Of a stretch of 57,486 nucleotides of DNA, positions 12,640 to 26,627 are shown piece after piece. The position numbers and the translations under genes are program-made. The stretch lies in the NCBI GenBank assembly GCA_032718475.1, contig JAUCBJ010008760.1, positions 1-57,486 on the forward strand. Direction: 5' to 3'. This stretch comes from Nemertoderma westbladi (Eukaryota; Animalia; Xenacoelomorpha). Position 1 is the first letter of the stretch. Every line of letters starts with the position of its first letter. The notes under the pieces are model-generated. The model had not been told where the DNA came from. It saw nothing but the letters and a program-made list of their open reading frames with translations, and did no database searches.

Positions 12640-12790
12640 TGCCGGCTTATCAACAAAGTTACACCGCCACAACTACTGTACTTATCCTCCATGACTTTTG
12701 CGGGGCTATCCGCATCTTCAAGGCCAGTGTCCTTTAGGGGGCGTCTAAAGTCATGGACTGTCCACTATACTTATTCACTCCATGAGGTTG
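12640..12790 (-). mobile_element. Second RTE 3' end fragment
   Basis: Shares atccgcatcttcaaggccagtgtcctt and flanks with 11790-11920. Confidence 0.6.
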
Positions 12791-12792
12791 CC

Positions 12793-12910
12793 ATATTGGA
12801 CTTTGGATATATTGCGGTGATATTGGACTTTGGATATATTGCGGTGATATTGGACTTTGGATATATTGTAGTGATATTTGGACTTTCGAGATTTTGAGGT
12901 AATATTGGAA
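12793..12910. repeat. 27 bp tandem repeat (about 4 copies)
   Basis: Unit tattggactttggatatattgcggtga. Confidence 0.85.
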
Positions 12911-13059
12911 ATCGCCCTGAATCGCACCTGAATGTCAAAGGGAAATAATTAGAAACTCATAACATTGAACACACAGTAATCAAAAATATGGCATGGAATA
13001 TTGAAATAAATATAGAATATATATTAAAAGTCCGTGATTATTATAGTTAATTTATATCA

Positions 13060-13590
13060 ATGGCATAGGCCGTTATAAGCCGGTGTTAGCTCGGTAAAGG
13101 ACGGCGGAGCTCTGTATTGTATTGTAAAAGCTCACTACTGTATAGGTCGGTATAGCTCTGGATTATATTGGTATAGGTCGGTAAAGGCAGGTGTTAACTC
13201 TGTATTAGCTTAGCTCGGTATGGCTCTGTATAGCATTGTTATAGCTCAGTATAGGTCGGTATATCTGTATTGTATTGGAATATAGCTCGGTGTAGGTCGG
13301 TATACCTTTTAGCAGCCACTTTATAGGTCGGTATAGCTCGGTATTAGATCGGTATAGCTAGCTAGGTATTACGTCGGTAGGCCTATAGCTAGCTACTGTA
13401 GGTATTAGGTCGGTAGGCCTATAGCTAGGTGTATACAGTATAAGGTCGGTATAGCTCGGTATTACTGTAGGTCGGTATAGCTAGGTATTAGGTCTGTATA
13501 GCTTGGTGTACAGTACAGTATAAGGTCGGTTTAGCTCGGTATAGCTCGGTATTACTGTAGGTCGATATAGCTAGGTATTAGGTCTGTATA
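13060..13590. repeat. Degenerate minisatellite based on taggtcggtatagctcggta
   Basis: Many imperfect ~10/20 bp units, several interrupted by ggccta, cagta or ctgta insertions. Confidence 0.8.
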
Positions 13591-13594
13591 CCTT

Positions 13595-13790
13595 TTAGTA
13601 CGTACCTCTTAAAGTTGATTCTGTAAGGAACTGGCAACCAGTATGTAGTTTTCGCAATACAGAGGGGGGGGGGGGGGGGTAGGTACAGTAATATGATATC
13701 TTGTGAACAGATTGCAGAATAATCGACGTTACAGTTTTGTACGTACTGTAGTTTCCTAATACTCCATTGTGGTAGACCATAAAAAAATAT
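13595..13790 (-). mobile_element. L2/CR1-group LINE C-terminal fragment
   Basis: Translations YGLPQWSIRKLQYVQN and LRKLH/WLPVPYRINFK match the L2 ORF2 C-terminal pattern. Confidence 0.7.
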
Positions 13791-13859
13791 ATATAAAAAA
13801 AAATGAGGCAGAAAGCAATAGTTCCCTATAATTGTTGGTCGAAAATTCAAAACTAAACG

Positions 13860-14320
13860 TCGCTTCGCTATTATCGAGATATCCCGTTGCTATGTAAATC
13901 CGAGCCGAATTGTTGCTCGGGGTATTGTGGCGGGTATTTCGGTACGCAGAAAGCTTCGCCCGCATGCAATAAGCCCGGAGCAATCTTCCCCCTCAAACTG
14001 AGCAATTATCGCCCGGCGAAACCTTCGACCGCAGGCAATCTTCGCCCACGAGCAACCTTCGCCCAATAAACCATTTCTGTTTTGATTAGAAAAAGCCGTC
14101 TCAGTAACCTGTTCCTTCCCCTCAATTAGTATAACACCATCGTTTATTGTTTTGGTTAGAAAAAGCCGCCTCTGTAACTTGATCCTTTCCCTCAAATTGT
14201 TACTAAAATGGTTACTAACTAAAATCTTATTGAGCGAAGGATGCTCGCGGGCGAAGATTGCCTTGCGGGCGAAGGTTTTCCACGGGCGAAGGTTGTACGC
14301 GGGCGAAGATTGCACCCAAC
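13860..14320. mobile_element. MITE with inverted arrays of gggcgaagattgc-type repeats
   Basis: (gcaatcttcgccc)-like repeats at 13950-14065 are inverted to (gggcgaagattgc)-like repeats at 14235-14312. Confidence 0.7.
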
Positions 14321-14579
14321 CGGTATTTTTGTATTACTGGGGTATTTCTGTGAACTGCATTACACAATTACATGTTTGTTACTCGTTTATGTGTTTATAT
14401 TAATAGTATTAAACTTGATTTATGTATTTACGAGGATCCTCTGTTACGTTACTCACATGAGGTAAACAAGGCGAAAAAACTATTACTATTATACTATATT
14501 TTATTATATATTATATATTATTTATATTGAGATTGATATATTATATTATTACTATTATATATTATTACTATTATACTGT

Positions 14580-17500
14580 CGGCGTCACCTTTTGCATGTG
14601 GATTGTGCTCTGCAAGCAAGATAAATGATCTGGAAGGTATCCTATCAACACTTCAGGAAAGTCTAAATGCCAATGTCTCCAGTCAAACCGAGTTGCTACA
14701 CACTGAAATAAGGACCGTTGTCGACTACACTGCAACAACAGCTCAGAGCTTAACACTAGACTTGGGTTCGCTACGAGCTGAGAATCGTTTCGATGAAATA
14801 GAGACTACTCAAACCGAGGTAAAGAACTACATTCATATAAGGACCTACAGTAGTTGTGGCAGCCCCTGATGTGAGCAATGAGAATAGAAATTCGTGGGCA
14901 GATATTGTTGGAAGAACACTGATCACATAACTGACCTGCAGAAGAAGCTTGCAGAACAGCCAACTTCTTGTGCTGAGAGTATACAGAGGGTAATTGCTAC
15001 CAATGAACAACGTAAACGGAATGTAATCATCCGTGGCATCCCTGGTGATACAGAGCCTTCTCCAGAACTACAAAGGCGAAGTGACATAAAATTTCTTAAA
15101 GCTGCCTTAGACAACCAACCCCCATATCGTGGAATGAGAATGGTAAACCACGCCCCCTACGGTTGATGTTTAATTCGGCAGAAATAGCATCTAGTACAGT
15201 ATTCTAACCCAGAAATCATTCACAACTAGTGCCACCTCCCCAGATGCTGGTCCTAACCGATTTTACTTAGACCAAGATCTTTCCCGTTTCGACCAGGAAC
15301 TCGCGTTTAAAGAAACGCAGCGCCGGCGCTAAATGTCTCACAAGCCAGCCCCAATAAACGAAATTGACAAGATGGACTGACTAACACTACAAACAGGCAA
15401 TACAAAGATGAACAATGATACAAATTGCGCTGGGGACTATCGAGAAACAATACCATACGAGTGGCTGGCATACTTCAATTCGCCAGGTATCCATTTCTTT
15501 ACATTTAAACATTTGCCACTTGAGGAATAAGGTGGATGAGTTAAGGATTATAATGAGAACATGTCCAGTGCATTTACTTGGAATAACATAATCATGGCTT
15601 GATGATAGCATTAGTGATGTAGCCATCAATATTGAACATTATAACGTGTACAGGCGAGACAGGGCAAGCCGAGATGAAGGTGGTATACAGTAGTCTTATA
15701 TGTCCACGAAAGACTACAGTTTAATTAACTCCAATATTCAAAGTCTACACCATCAGAAATGTTATTTGATGAATTAATGCTGCCTGATACTAGACCATTG
15801 CTAATCGGAGTTGTTTATAGGCCTGAAGCCGACACTGCACTTTTTGAGAATATAGACAACAGTATTAACTTAGCAAATTACAATGAAATTATCATAATGT
15901 GTGACACAAACATTGATATTACCCCTGTTATTGATTTAAAGTCCAAGTCCATAATTAAAAATCCTACACGCACCCCCAGTATTGATAATGATCTCAAGAA
16001 GCTTCTGTCCTTTATAAATTCCCATGGGATTAAACAGATTATAATGGAACCAACTCATGTCACTTCAAACACCGCTACTATTATCGATCATATATTCGTT
16101 TCCAACCCAAGTATGACCTACAACCATGGAGTGATAAAAGAAAGGATCAGCGACCATTACATGATCTTCATGACGCGGAAAAGACAGAAAAGACAGCCTT
16201 GCTTAAAAAAGATCACGAAATGCCGTACATATAGATCATATTCTAAGGACTTATTGATGAGATACAAAATTGCTGTTTGTCTAACAAGATTACTACTCTT
16301 ACAGACCTAAATGAAGCCGCTGGCCTAATGACTGCATCTCTACTTTCTATCACAGATAAACTGGAACCCATCAAAGAGTCCCGGGCACGAAGCTATTCAC
16401 AGCCATGGGTGGACAAGGATGTTATTGACTCGATCTCTAACCGAAACAAGGCAGCACCTTCAAGTTATATCAGAATTGCACAGTCACAGCGGAACAGGAG
16501 TATAAAAGACTTCGCAATACTGCTAATAACATGATTAAAACCAAAAAAGCGTCAAGGAAAACACTCGAAGAGACAAATGGCGATACCAAGAAACTCTGGA
16601 GGGCTTTAAAAAAAATCGGGGGTCTCAAACAAAGTTTTCGAGAAAATTTGAAAAAACCGAAAAACAAAAGACAATTGGACCGCCAACAAAAAAGACATTG
16701 GGAGCTTCCGGCAAACAAATTAATGGACTAATAATTCAAGATAATGTGTGTCACGATACCAAGACTATATGCGATTGAGTTCAACAAATACTATGCAAAT
16801 ATTGTCAATGACCTGGTTTCCCAGTTACCTACTGTACTCCATCTGGGCTCTATAACGACAATGCTACAGTAGCTTACTACTCTTTCCAAGGGGTTATTAG
16901 ATATTCATTCTCACTCCACCCGGTGACAGTAGCTGCAGTCGGTAAAATATTCCAGAATATAGATGTCAACAAAGCAACTGGCCCTGTCCTAATCCCCGCT
17001 AGAGTTATTAGGGATGGCCTAGACTCGTTAGTAAAGCCTTTCACACACATTGTTACCTTATCCATAGAAACATCAACAATTCCACAGATTTACAAAACTG
17101 CACGCTTAAACCCCATTTACAAGAAACAAGGATCCAATCTGGTTCGTGGAAACTTTCGGCCAATTTCATTATTACCAATTCTATCAAAGATTCTAGAACG
17201 CATCGTATTCGACCAATGGGTGTACCACTTGGTATCAAACAACTTTATGAACCCTCTACAGTCTAGTTACCGGCAAGGATATTCAACAGAGTCATCTCTT
17301 ATGCTATTGGACAACCATATACGCGTGTCTATTGATAATGGACAACTCACAGGAATGGTGCTAATTGACCTGAGTAAAGCATTTGATTGCCTAGATCACC
17401 AAACCGTAATCCAAAAGCTTGGGGCTATGGGGGCCATTCAGAGTACCTGCAATCAGAGTACCTTATCTGTCTGGCAGAGAGCAATATGTCGCCATAGGTG

Positions 17501-18448
17501 AAACGCGCTCAAGCTGTATAACTAACGATAATGGGGTTCCCCAGGGTTCAATTCTTGGTGTCTTGCTTTGTCTTGCTAGCACCTATATTTTCCGACGACA
17601 CAGGCCTAGCCTGCAGCAATACATGCTCCGAAAGCATATCTACCTCTCTGAGTAATACCATGGACCGGGTCTCCCAATGGTGCACCGAGAACAAACTCTC
17701 CATAAACTTTGATAAAACGGAATGTATCCTTTTCGGCACTCACCAACGACTTTCTACTGCATCAGAGTTGGAAGTTTATTGCTGTGGGAAACGCATACCA
17801 AACCGGAAATACGTCACCTACCTGGGAACAGAAATAAATCAACGATTAACTGGTGAGGAAATGGCAACTAAAATATTAAAAACAGGCAACACTAGACTGA
17901 AGTTTCTTCATCGAAACGCACAGATTCTCGTCCGATCCATTCGCAGAATGCTTTGTAACTCTCTTATTCAGCCCCATCTCGACTATGCAGCCTCTACGTG
18001 GTTTTTCACTATTTCAGCCAGACTTCGCTAGCAGCTCGAAGCCCTCCAGCGGAAGCGTTCGATTCTGCTTTGGCCTCGGACCCAGAGTGCACATCGAGGC
18101 AGCCCATAACGTGGACATTTACTGGCTTCCTCTACAAACCGTCTCGAGGCTGTTATCCTTTCCTGGATGTATAAGGTAAAACACGGTCAAGCACCTCAGT
18201 ACTTAATCGATCTTATACACTTCCGCGAGCCCACCTACTGTCTGCGATCAACCAACGAACCAGCCTCGGTCCCTCAGATAAATACGTTATACGGCCAGAA
18301 TACGTTTAGCTTCCTCGGTCCAAAGCTGTGGAATGAACTCCCAGCCACCATCACAGACTCAACCTCTTTAGTTGTTTTCAAACATAACGTTAAGAAATAC
18401 TACCTAGAAAAATTAACCAACCATTCAACATCGGCATTCATCTACTAA
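14580..18448 (+). mobile_element. Near full-length, frameshifted CR1-group (Crack/Daphne/L2-like) LINE: ORF1 coiled coil, APE endonuclease and reverse transcriptase
   Basis: ORF1 EQRKRNVIIRGIP. APE motifs HLNICHLRNK, GVVYRP, TIIDHIF, SDH. RT motifs FRPISLLPILSKILERIV, LIDLSKAFD, GVPQGSILG, FSDDT, YLG. C-terminal WLPL and LWNELP. Multiple stops and frameshifts. A probable 3' UTR hairpin (gggacccttatggaaacgcggtttaccgcataaggctatccc) resumes at ~21650, after the hAT insertion. Confidence 0.92.
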
Positions 18449-19361
18449 CTAATAATATATATTTTTCTTTTAACTCAAATCACATAAAACTTTTAATTAT
18501 TGAACACACCATATTTTCAGAGACTGGCATCGAATCGAATCGAAAGCAATTTTTGTGTTCGATTTCCCATATATTTTTCGATTCGATTTCGATTCGTTTC
18601 AGCACAATTTCGATTCGACTCAGGTAAAAAAGTTCGACTTCGATTCGATTATTCGACCTTTGAATATTAACATAATTATTTGTCATTAAATATACATTAT
18701 AAATTTTATTCTTAAATTGTTACTTTTTCGTTCGAATATACTGTACCCCAAAATCGGGAGAAAATAAGTACTTTTTTCCCTAGGGAAAAACGTAACCCAT
18801 TGGAATGCATTGATTTTACTTTTTCCCGGCGAATTATTTTTGTTTTTACCTATCCTGGCGAATTAATTTTTACAAGTACTGTAATTAGAGCAAAATACAT
18901 TCACACCTCAAAAGCTATTCTAACTTTAGTGTGTGCACTGTGTAGGCCTGTGTACACCAAAACATTATCCAATATTAGTTTATGTAGTTATAGCGGCTCT
19001 CTACTGTAGTAGTTACCGGTACGTAATAAATATTCAAGAACACTAAATTATTTAACATTGAGTAAGGCAGCATCGGGGGTTGAAGAGTACAGTAATTGGA
19101 ATCGCAGTAACTATGGAAGCAATATAGTAAAATATTGCAGTTCAATTTATTTTGTAACACTATATCGCTCTATCTTATATTAAAGAAGTGAGCATCAAAA
19201 AGTTCCAATTTAAGAATAAAATTACGTATTACATGGGAAAAAAAGTAGAAAATTATTAAAAATATATAAAATACCTCGAGAATAGTGAAAAAAGTTGTAG
19301 GTTTTCCCATGTAATAAGTGATTATTTTTATATTTTACTGTTGGCAAAATTTTGCCAAAAA

Positions 19362-19599
19362 ATAGGTTATCGTTCATATGCGTACCTCTGGCAAAAGAAG
19401 CAGGTTACAGTGGTGGTGTTTTCTAACCAAAACAATAAACTAATCTCCATTACTTAATTAACGGAAAGGAGCAGGTTACAGTGGTGGGCTTTTCTAACCA
19501 AAACAATAAACAATATCTCAATAACATAGGGTATTTCATACTTATAGTCTTATTTTTGCAATACGAAAATACCAGAGGTACGCATATGAACTATAACTA
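19362..19599. mobile_element. MITE
   Basis: TIR gttatcgttcatatgcgtacctctgg / ccagaggtacgcatatgaactataac. Confidence 0.8.
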
Positions 19600-20317
19600 A
19601 AAAATAATATGTATGTACAATATTCCATTAGGGTCCAGAGGGGTGCGTACTGGTACAATATCGGACAAGATTGTAGCAGAGCACGGGTGAGTCAAAACAA
19701 AGATTCAAAGAATATAGACCTGTACAAAACACATGTGTTAACTTTCGTTTATTGTTTTGGTTCCCCCAACACGCCTTTGTAACCTGCTCATTTACTAACC
19801 TGCTCCTTAAAATGCCAATGGGACCTAAAGCTATTTGGATCCTAGCGCTCTTTGGGACCTAACACGACTTTACCTCTTTGTTTTGTACAGAGGGTATTTG
19901 GTCTTTGTTTTGTACTTCTGTTGTATTATAGACTAGCATCGGAAGTCATATTGGATTTCTATTCATCAATGAATAAGATCCCCCTTATTAATTATAAGTA
20001 GCAAATAATTGTTCCTAAAACTTGATGCTGGACTCCACACACGCGGTAAACTTTTTGCTCAAGAAAATAACAGTTATTTCAAAATAAATAAGTAGTTAAC
20101 ATGTCATGTCCATTCATTTATTTGTATTATCAAATTATCTAATATTAGCTAGTACTTAAAAATGGGATGTACAGTAATTAAAATTTTTAAAGATGTTGCA
20201 TGGGAATATAATTATTTTATTAAAACGTTGCAGCTCAACTTGTTGCTGGACTCCTCACGCCCTGGACGCCTGGTAATGTTTCTGAGGGTCCAGCAACTAT
20301 TGCTGACACCTCACACG

Positions 20318-20855
20318 CAGGCCCGTATGGTGATCATAATACAGTATCTGGGGGGGCAGGCCAAATCTGAGGGGGCAAACCCATTACTGGGATTTGGGGA
20401 GCATACAACAAAGTGAGAGTTAATTTAGTACATAAAGTAAAATCAATATTGTTGAAAGGTGTGTGGGGCGAGCCACAAAGTTGGCGGAGCCATGGCGAAC
20501 TGACACTGTTAATGAGTATGTCAATAATGGCAAATAGTTGTTGACGTAACAATTTCATTAACGTAACTTTCAAATAACTTTGTCAAATGTCCTCCCATTT
20601 CTTTGCTTTTAATCCGTTTAAGCGGAAACCTGGCAGAATTGTACTAGACTATTATTACCTGTGACATTTAAACTTTTTCTGAGGTCTTAAATCGACTGCA
20701 GCTTTCCAGACTACCTCTAGGTGTAAGGTGATCAAGGGACATCTGCTTAGATTTTGCTTATATTTCTTTCGAGTTGACACTTAGATAAGTTTATGTGACG
20801 TGCTGCGCGAAGGATCCACTTCAGCTATAATATGGTTAAAAGGTTAAGTTAAAAC
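20318..20855 (+). mobile_element. Partial copy (left part) of the hAT MITE at 44627-45744
   Basis: Begins CAGGCCCGTATGGTGATCATAA and is colinear with 44627-45290, apart from an internal deletion. Confidence 0.85.
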
Positions 20856-23823
20856 AAATTATATGGATCATCCCTCTCCAGGGGAAATTGGACGCAAATA
20901 ACAGATGATTACTCTCAAAAATAAAAGCAACTTTGGAAACAAGCTGCAGAAACAGGCTGCAGAAACAAAAGTTGCACCGTGTTGAGGTTTAATAGGACCA
21001 TTAGTCCTTACCCCAAGTCTATTTATATTATTTTTTATTTATAAAACTAATACTCTGAAATTTTAACACAAAGCTGCTGAACATTTTGGTATATCTTTGA
21101 TGAATATTGTGTGAAAAATAATAATAATAAATTAGTATATAGGGAATTTAGTGATGAAATATGTCAAAAGATTTAAATCACAAAAAAGTTAAATCACACT
21201 ATATTTATATTAAAGCACATATTTAATTAAATAAATCTAGGCTGTGATTTTGTTTAAGTTTTAAAAGTCGAATCGAATCGAATATTTTCTTTCGATTTTC
21301 TGTTCGATTTCGTCATTTTTCGATTCGATTCGATTTCGACCCAGTGAAAGTCGTTCGATTCGATTTCGATTCGATCCCAGTCTCTGAATATACTCTCAAT
21401 TTAAAGCCCGGAGCTTTTAAAACTCGATGTTAACTTAAGACTTTTTAATAAACACTTAAAACATCCACTTTTTATACTTAATTAATAATAACCATTTTAT
21501 CTATTTCTTTGTTATTTTTACGTTAATCTACTGTAGCACACCTTACTTCTTATAATTTTTATTTTTAATTCAGTCTCAGTCATATAAGTCAGATAGTCAG
21601 ATAAGTATACTTACTACCGCCAGAATACACCAATTACTACGTATTAGTTGGGACCCTTATGGAAACGCGGTTTACCGCATAAGGCTATCCCTCCATTTTA
21701 ACAATCAAACTTGGTGCAGCTGTATCTTTTGCCAATATAATATTTATTTATACTTAAAAATATTTTTATTTTGTAGAGTTAATAATATTTTAATAGTAAC
21801 TTTAATAGAGCTATGAAAACTACGAATCTTGAACAGTTGTAAAACTTATTAATGAACGCAATTGGTGCAACTACTACTACTGTACAGTACAGTATAAATT
21901 TAATTTGAGCTTGATCTTTAAATAATTTGGTAATAATAATATCTTTCAGCAGTTTTTAATTTTAATATTCAGATACTGTATTCAGATTCAGTAATTTTTA
22001 ATTTAGTAACAATACATCTGTATATTTTTTAGGGGTCCGACGATTATTTTTTAGCAGTCTTTAAACTTTTTTTAGAATTTTTTAGTTTGCTTATTTTATT
22101 TATTTTGACTTTATCCCACCGCCACACACCAGGAACTTACTTACGCCTAATGAATGACCTACAGTAGTTATTTATGTATTGTCTGTTGTCTCCAATATAT
22201 GTTTGTATCACCAGGAATTACTTTCTGTTCATGACATATCATTAACGTGTTAAATCATGTGTTTAACTTGTTTTTAATGTTTAATTTGGAAAAGAAAATC
22301 AATAAATCAATCAAGGACTGATTTTTTATGTATCAGATATTATTAAACCTCCCGCCAACATCAGGAAAATGCTAAACGATCTCTAATATTTGCGGTCTCG
22401 ATTTATTGTTATTGTAAAAGCAACCAATTCAAGTGACCATGATGTTTTAATTATCACCCAGCAGAATTTTCTTCTTTAAAATTTAGCGCCTCCAACAAAC
22501 GCTAGTGGACATTTTATAATGAATATACATATTTCTTTCTTGTGCGATAGATGGCGTTTGATGCATTCATCAATATGCTTTACATAGGGAGGCACTTTAG
22601 CGCATGCGCCATTTTATATATTAGTAAAACCGTGTATTACCGTTGTATTAGAGGACAGTACTGCAGTAACCGGTACCGGTACCGCCTGACCGTACATTGT
22701 ACATATGGAACCACTGAATTACCGTACCGTCTGACCGCGCACCGTAGCTCATTGTTTGATTGCATTGTTTTATTGATACAGTCGTATACAGGTATAAACA
22801 GACAGACAGATAAAGCTGTGATGCGTAGAAATTAATGTATGTGACAGTGTGAAGATCAGTCTGGATATAAACGTCATTTAAAGCATTTTTCAGAATCTTA
22901 AAAACATTTTTTTGATAGGCTAATCCGACACCGACCTCACCTTACTGCCTTACCGGTATCAAGTAGGCCTATGCATCATGTCTCCATGTCATGTACCCAT
23001 CTGCCCATTCAGCCATTCTATTTCTATCAGTCGTCTATCAAACTAATTACAGAATTAGGCCTACTTAATATTTGTTTTCAAATAACAGAATAATTAATTA
23101 GGCTTACCATCTGACCATTTTTTATTAATATTCATCTGTCAGTCAGTGTCCCAAATAATTACCCCAGCATGGGGTAGGCCTAATTTGGGACAGGTGGGGG
23201 AATTTGGGACATACATAATTGACATAAATCGAACAGTCTGACAGTACTGCAGTAGCACCGGTACTCCATTTTGTCATTCACTTCCACACAAACTTTATTG
23301 AGAAATTGTACAATACTAAACATTGCATCAATAAGACCAAAAGATGAGATTTTAGAGACCATCAGCTCAACAGTCTCCCGCTAGAGGGCTAGGCCTACAT
23401 GTCAAACATTAAACAGTTAAATGCAAAATGTACTCCCATCAGTCCCATCTGCGATCTGCCATCTCTTTGCAGCTTTGCATTTCAGCATTTAATCCGACCA
23501 AGCGGAAACTTGTCATATTTGTATTACTACTGTATTAGACCATTAGCTGTCATCAGGTCATATGTCATTCAAAGGGCTGAAGGCAGGAAGGGGTCTGTAT
23601 GCAGTTCTCTAGTCAGCCGCTAGAGGGCTGGAGGGCGAAATATCTGAAAGTGATCCTTGACTTACCGGTACCGGTATTGCGTTATTTATGATCCGGTCAA
23701 TTCAAGCTGAAACTTATCAAATGTGTTGTATGTCTGTCTCTATCTGTCTCTGTATGCTAGAGCCAGGAGCCAGTCATCCAGCTGTCCAGTGTGTTCTCTG
23801 CTAGAATACATCCTGGCTGCCTG

Positions 23824-24314
23824 GAATCGGGGAGAAGTTCAAATTTCAACTGAGTTGAAATGTAAAACTTTTTTTTTTAAATTCAACTTTTAAGTTGTAA
23901 CTTCATCTCTAAAATGGCATGAGGTGCAGAGGGGTGTTTTCATTGTTTTTATGGTTGTAACTCGAAAAATTAACCCTCATTACCGATGTAATAAAAACTT
24001 TAACCGTCGGGAACACTTTTTTAAAACATTTTAAGTGATTACATTTGCAAATTAGCTGAAATTGGAAATACTATGGGAATTTATAAGATGTATTTAATTA
24101 CCGCTGAATGTCACAATTATTATACAATGGAATACCAGTAATGGATTCCAATTCCATATTTCAGTATTTCAAAAGCTACCCCTACCAGGCTACTCCAAAA
24201 GTTGATTTTTAAACTCTAGGCCTACTCCAAAAGTTGAATTTTAATAAAAAGTTGAATTTTAAAAAATAAAGTTGAAATTTCAACTCAGTTGAAAATATAA
24301 CTTCTCCCCGACTG
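23824..24314. mobile_element. MITE
   Basis: TIR tcggggagaagttcaaatttcaactgagttgaaa / tttcaactcagttgaaaatataacttctccccga. Confidence 0.85.
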
Positions 24315-25384
24315 TCCTGCGCCTGCCAGCCTGCGTCAGTCTGGCTGGCTGCTGCTGCCAGCTGCTGTGTCTCGGTCTGTCAGTCTGTCGGTGGGGTCGG
24401 TAATTGGTCTGCAGTTCTCCAGTCTGCCGCTAGACGGCAAAATGTATGAAAGTGATCTTCCGCTTACCCCTATCTCAATTTACTTGATCTTAATAATCCA
24501 CTATCAGACTGTAACTGTAACTAAACCACTCTCAGACTCTACTACACAGCTACCTAACAGCATAAACATTTATAAGATTGTATCCTCAGTGTGCTATTTA
24601 AACCCAGCCGCATAAAGATAACATAATCCGTTTAGTTAACTCCTTCAAGTAACTCAGCTATGGCAGTATGGCCTCCTGCCTGCCTGCATGATGAAAACAG
24701 ACGTTTACAAATTGTTTTAAGCTCATGTGTGGGTAAGCCTCTGATTTAGAAATTGTCTCACCGAGCTCAGCAGCACGCATCAATTAAACATTGTATTGAA
24801 TACAAAATTGATTTCTTGCCTGGGTGGCAATATATGGATACGCACCTGAATTCCGTCTCGACTAACTTGTTCCAAACAGCGATACGTATCCATGGCATGG
24901 GCTATGCAGATGCTGCTATGTATGATCCATGATGTATGAACTTTTAAGATGCCCGGTCTGCCGGTGCCGGTTACAACCCTGTATTCTTTGGTGCTCTCTC
25001 CTTCTCTTAGCATCTGTAGTCTTAAATAGTTTATCTCTATCCCTCGCAATTGCAACTGATCTTGGTACCTTCCGGCCGGTCTAAAAACTGAACTTTTTGA
25101 AGCATGCCTTTACCTTTCAGTAACACCTTGTCGTTATTTTCTGATTTCTTATCTCTCTCGTCGCCTTCAAACCAAGCGTTCTGGCGTTCTAATAATAACT
25201 GCTTAATATCATTGTTATTATTTCCTAATAAGCTTTCAAACATCTGCTAAACCTTCTGCGAAGAGGTTAATTTTTCTACTGCTGTATATTTTCTCTTAAT
25301 GAACGTAAGTGTGGTTTACCTGTATTGATAACGGGTGAACGGGTCTAACTGATATGTTCAGATGTTGTATCCTACGGACTTTAT

Positions 25385-25455
25385 TATAACTGTTTGTTGG
25401 GCACAGCTTATGCAAAGTCGGCAATGACGTCCAGGCAGCCATGTGGGATCGAACT
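25385..25455 (-). mobile_element. Fragment of the twin tRNA-like element family (27485-28440)
   Basis: tataactgtttgttgggcacagcttatgcaaagtcggcaatgacgtccag..gggatcgaact matches 28052-28106. Confidence 0.75.
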
Positions 25456-26224
25456 TCATTGGAATTCCACCCGCCGTAAAAACAATTCTCTCCTGCCGTA
25501 AAATAAATCCTCTACAAAATAGTCAGATAGTTTTAAATATTTATAATAATTACAAAACATATATTCCGTTATAAAATAAATGTTGCCGGTGTTTTTTCTA
25601 TGAATTTTGAATTTATATGAATAGCGCCCACCCCACCCCTCCACCCACACCTACCTTCGGGTAGCAGCTATTGAAGGTTCCTACCGCCTTTGACTGACTG
25701 TTTCTGCTTTTGATTCAGATTACGATAGGCCTTTACCATTACCAGTTTACATTATGTATTTACAACGGCAGAACGGTATGCATGTGTGTGTGTATCGACA
25801 CATCCAAGTCTGTACTTTGTAGATAAACTAAAACTCATTACGCAATATGCCAATAGGCCTCCATATAAATATATCCATTAGAACGTAATTAAGTACTGTA
25901 ACGTAATTATTTCATAATATAAAACTTTTATTTTCTACAAAATATATAATATATTCGCATAATTTTGCAATTTTCACCGTACTGTCCCCTTACTTATCTT
26001 ATCTTATCTACATTAAAATATCTGTAAAAGGAACTGTATCATAAGCGCCACGCCATGACTTGTGTGTGTGTACCTCTGTACCTGTATATTTAATTATCAT
26101 ATATATAAGTTATGTAATATTATATATTCATCACCTCAAGCAGTCAAGAGTTGGTACTTCCCCAAACCGTATATATATATTTATATTATATATAATGTTA
26201 CTGTGTATATTGTATTCTATATAC

Positions 26225-26627
26225 TAGTGTTTAAACGGGATCAGACTTTTCGGGATTTCTGGGACCGGGATTATCACTCTCGGATCCCGTTATGCGGGGT
26301 CGGGATCGCAATTTTGGATCAAATTCCTCAAAGTTAATACTTAATAGTATATGTGGCGAGTTTTGGGTAACACTCTCTTTATCTTACATTTCTGTAAAAA
26401 TTACTAAGATATACCGGTAGTTACCGTATATTGCAAATATTTTGCAATTGATTAGGCTTACTGAGGGGTTTACTGACATAATCACATAACAATTCTTTAT
26501 AAATCAATAAATTTCTGTTCTGCTTAACCATTTATCAGATATTCAACAAATTTACTTAACTATATTTACTTCGGGATCCCGGTCCAAAAAAAATCGGGAT
26601 CGGGATCGGGATCCCGTTTAAACACTA
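26225..26627. mobile_element. hAT-like MITE with (cgggat)n subterminal repeats
   Basis: TIR tagtgtttaaacgggatc / gatcccgtttaaacacta. Related ends occur at ~36928-36988 and ~42557-42683. Confidence 0.8.

Larger units (their letters stand above)
18518..21386. mobile_element. Non-autonomous hAT-like element inserted in the LINE 3' UTR, itself carrying nested MITEs
   Basis: TIRs CAGAGACTGGCATCGAATCGAA / TTCGATTCGATCCCAGTCTCTG with subterminal (tcgat)n repeats. The TSD is degenerate. Confidence 0.75.
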
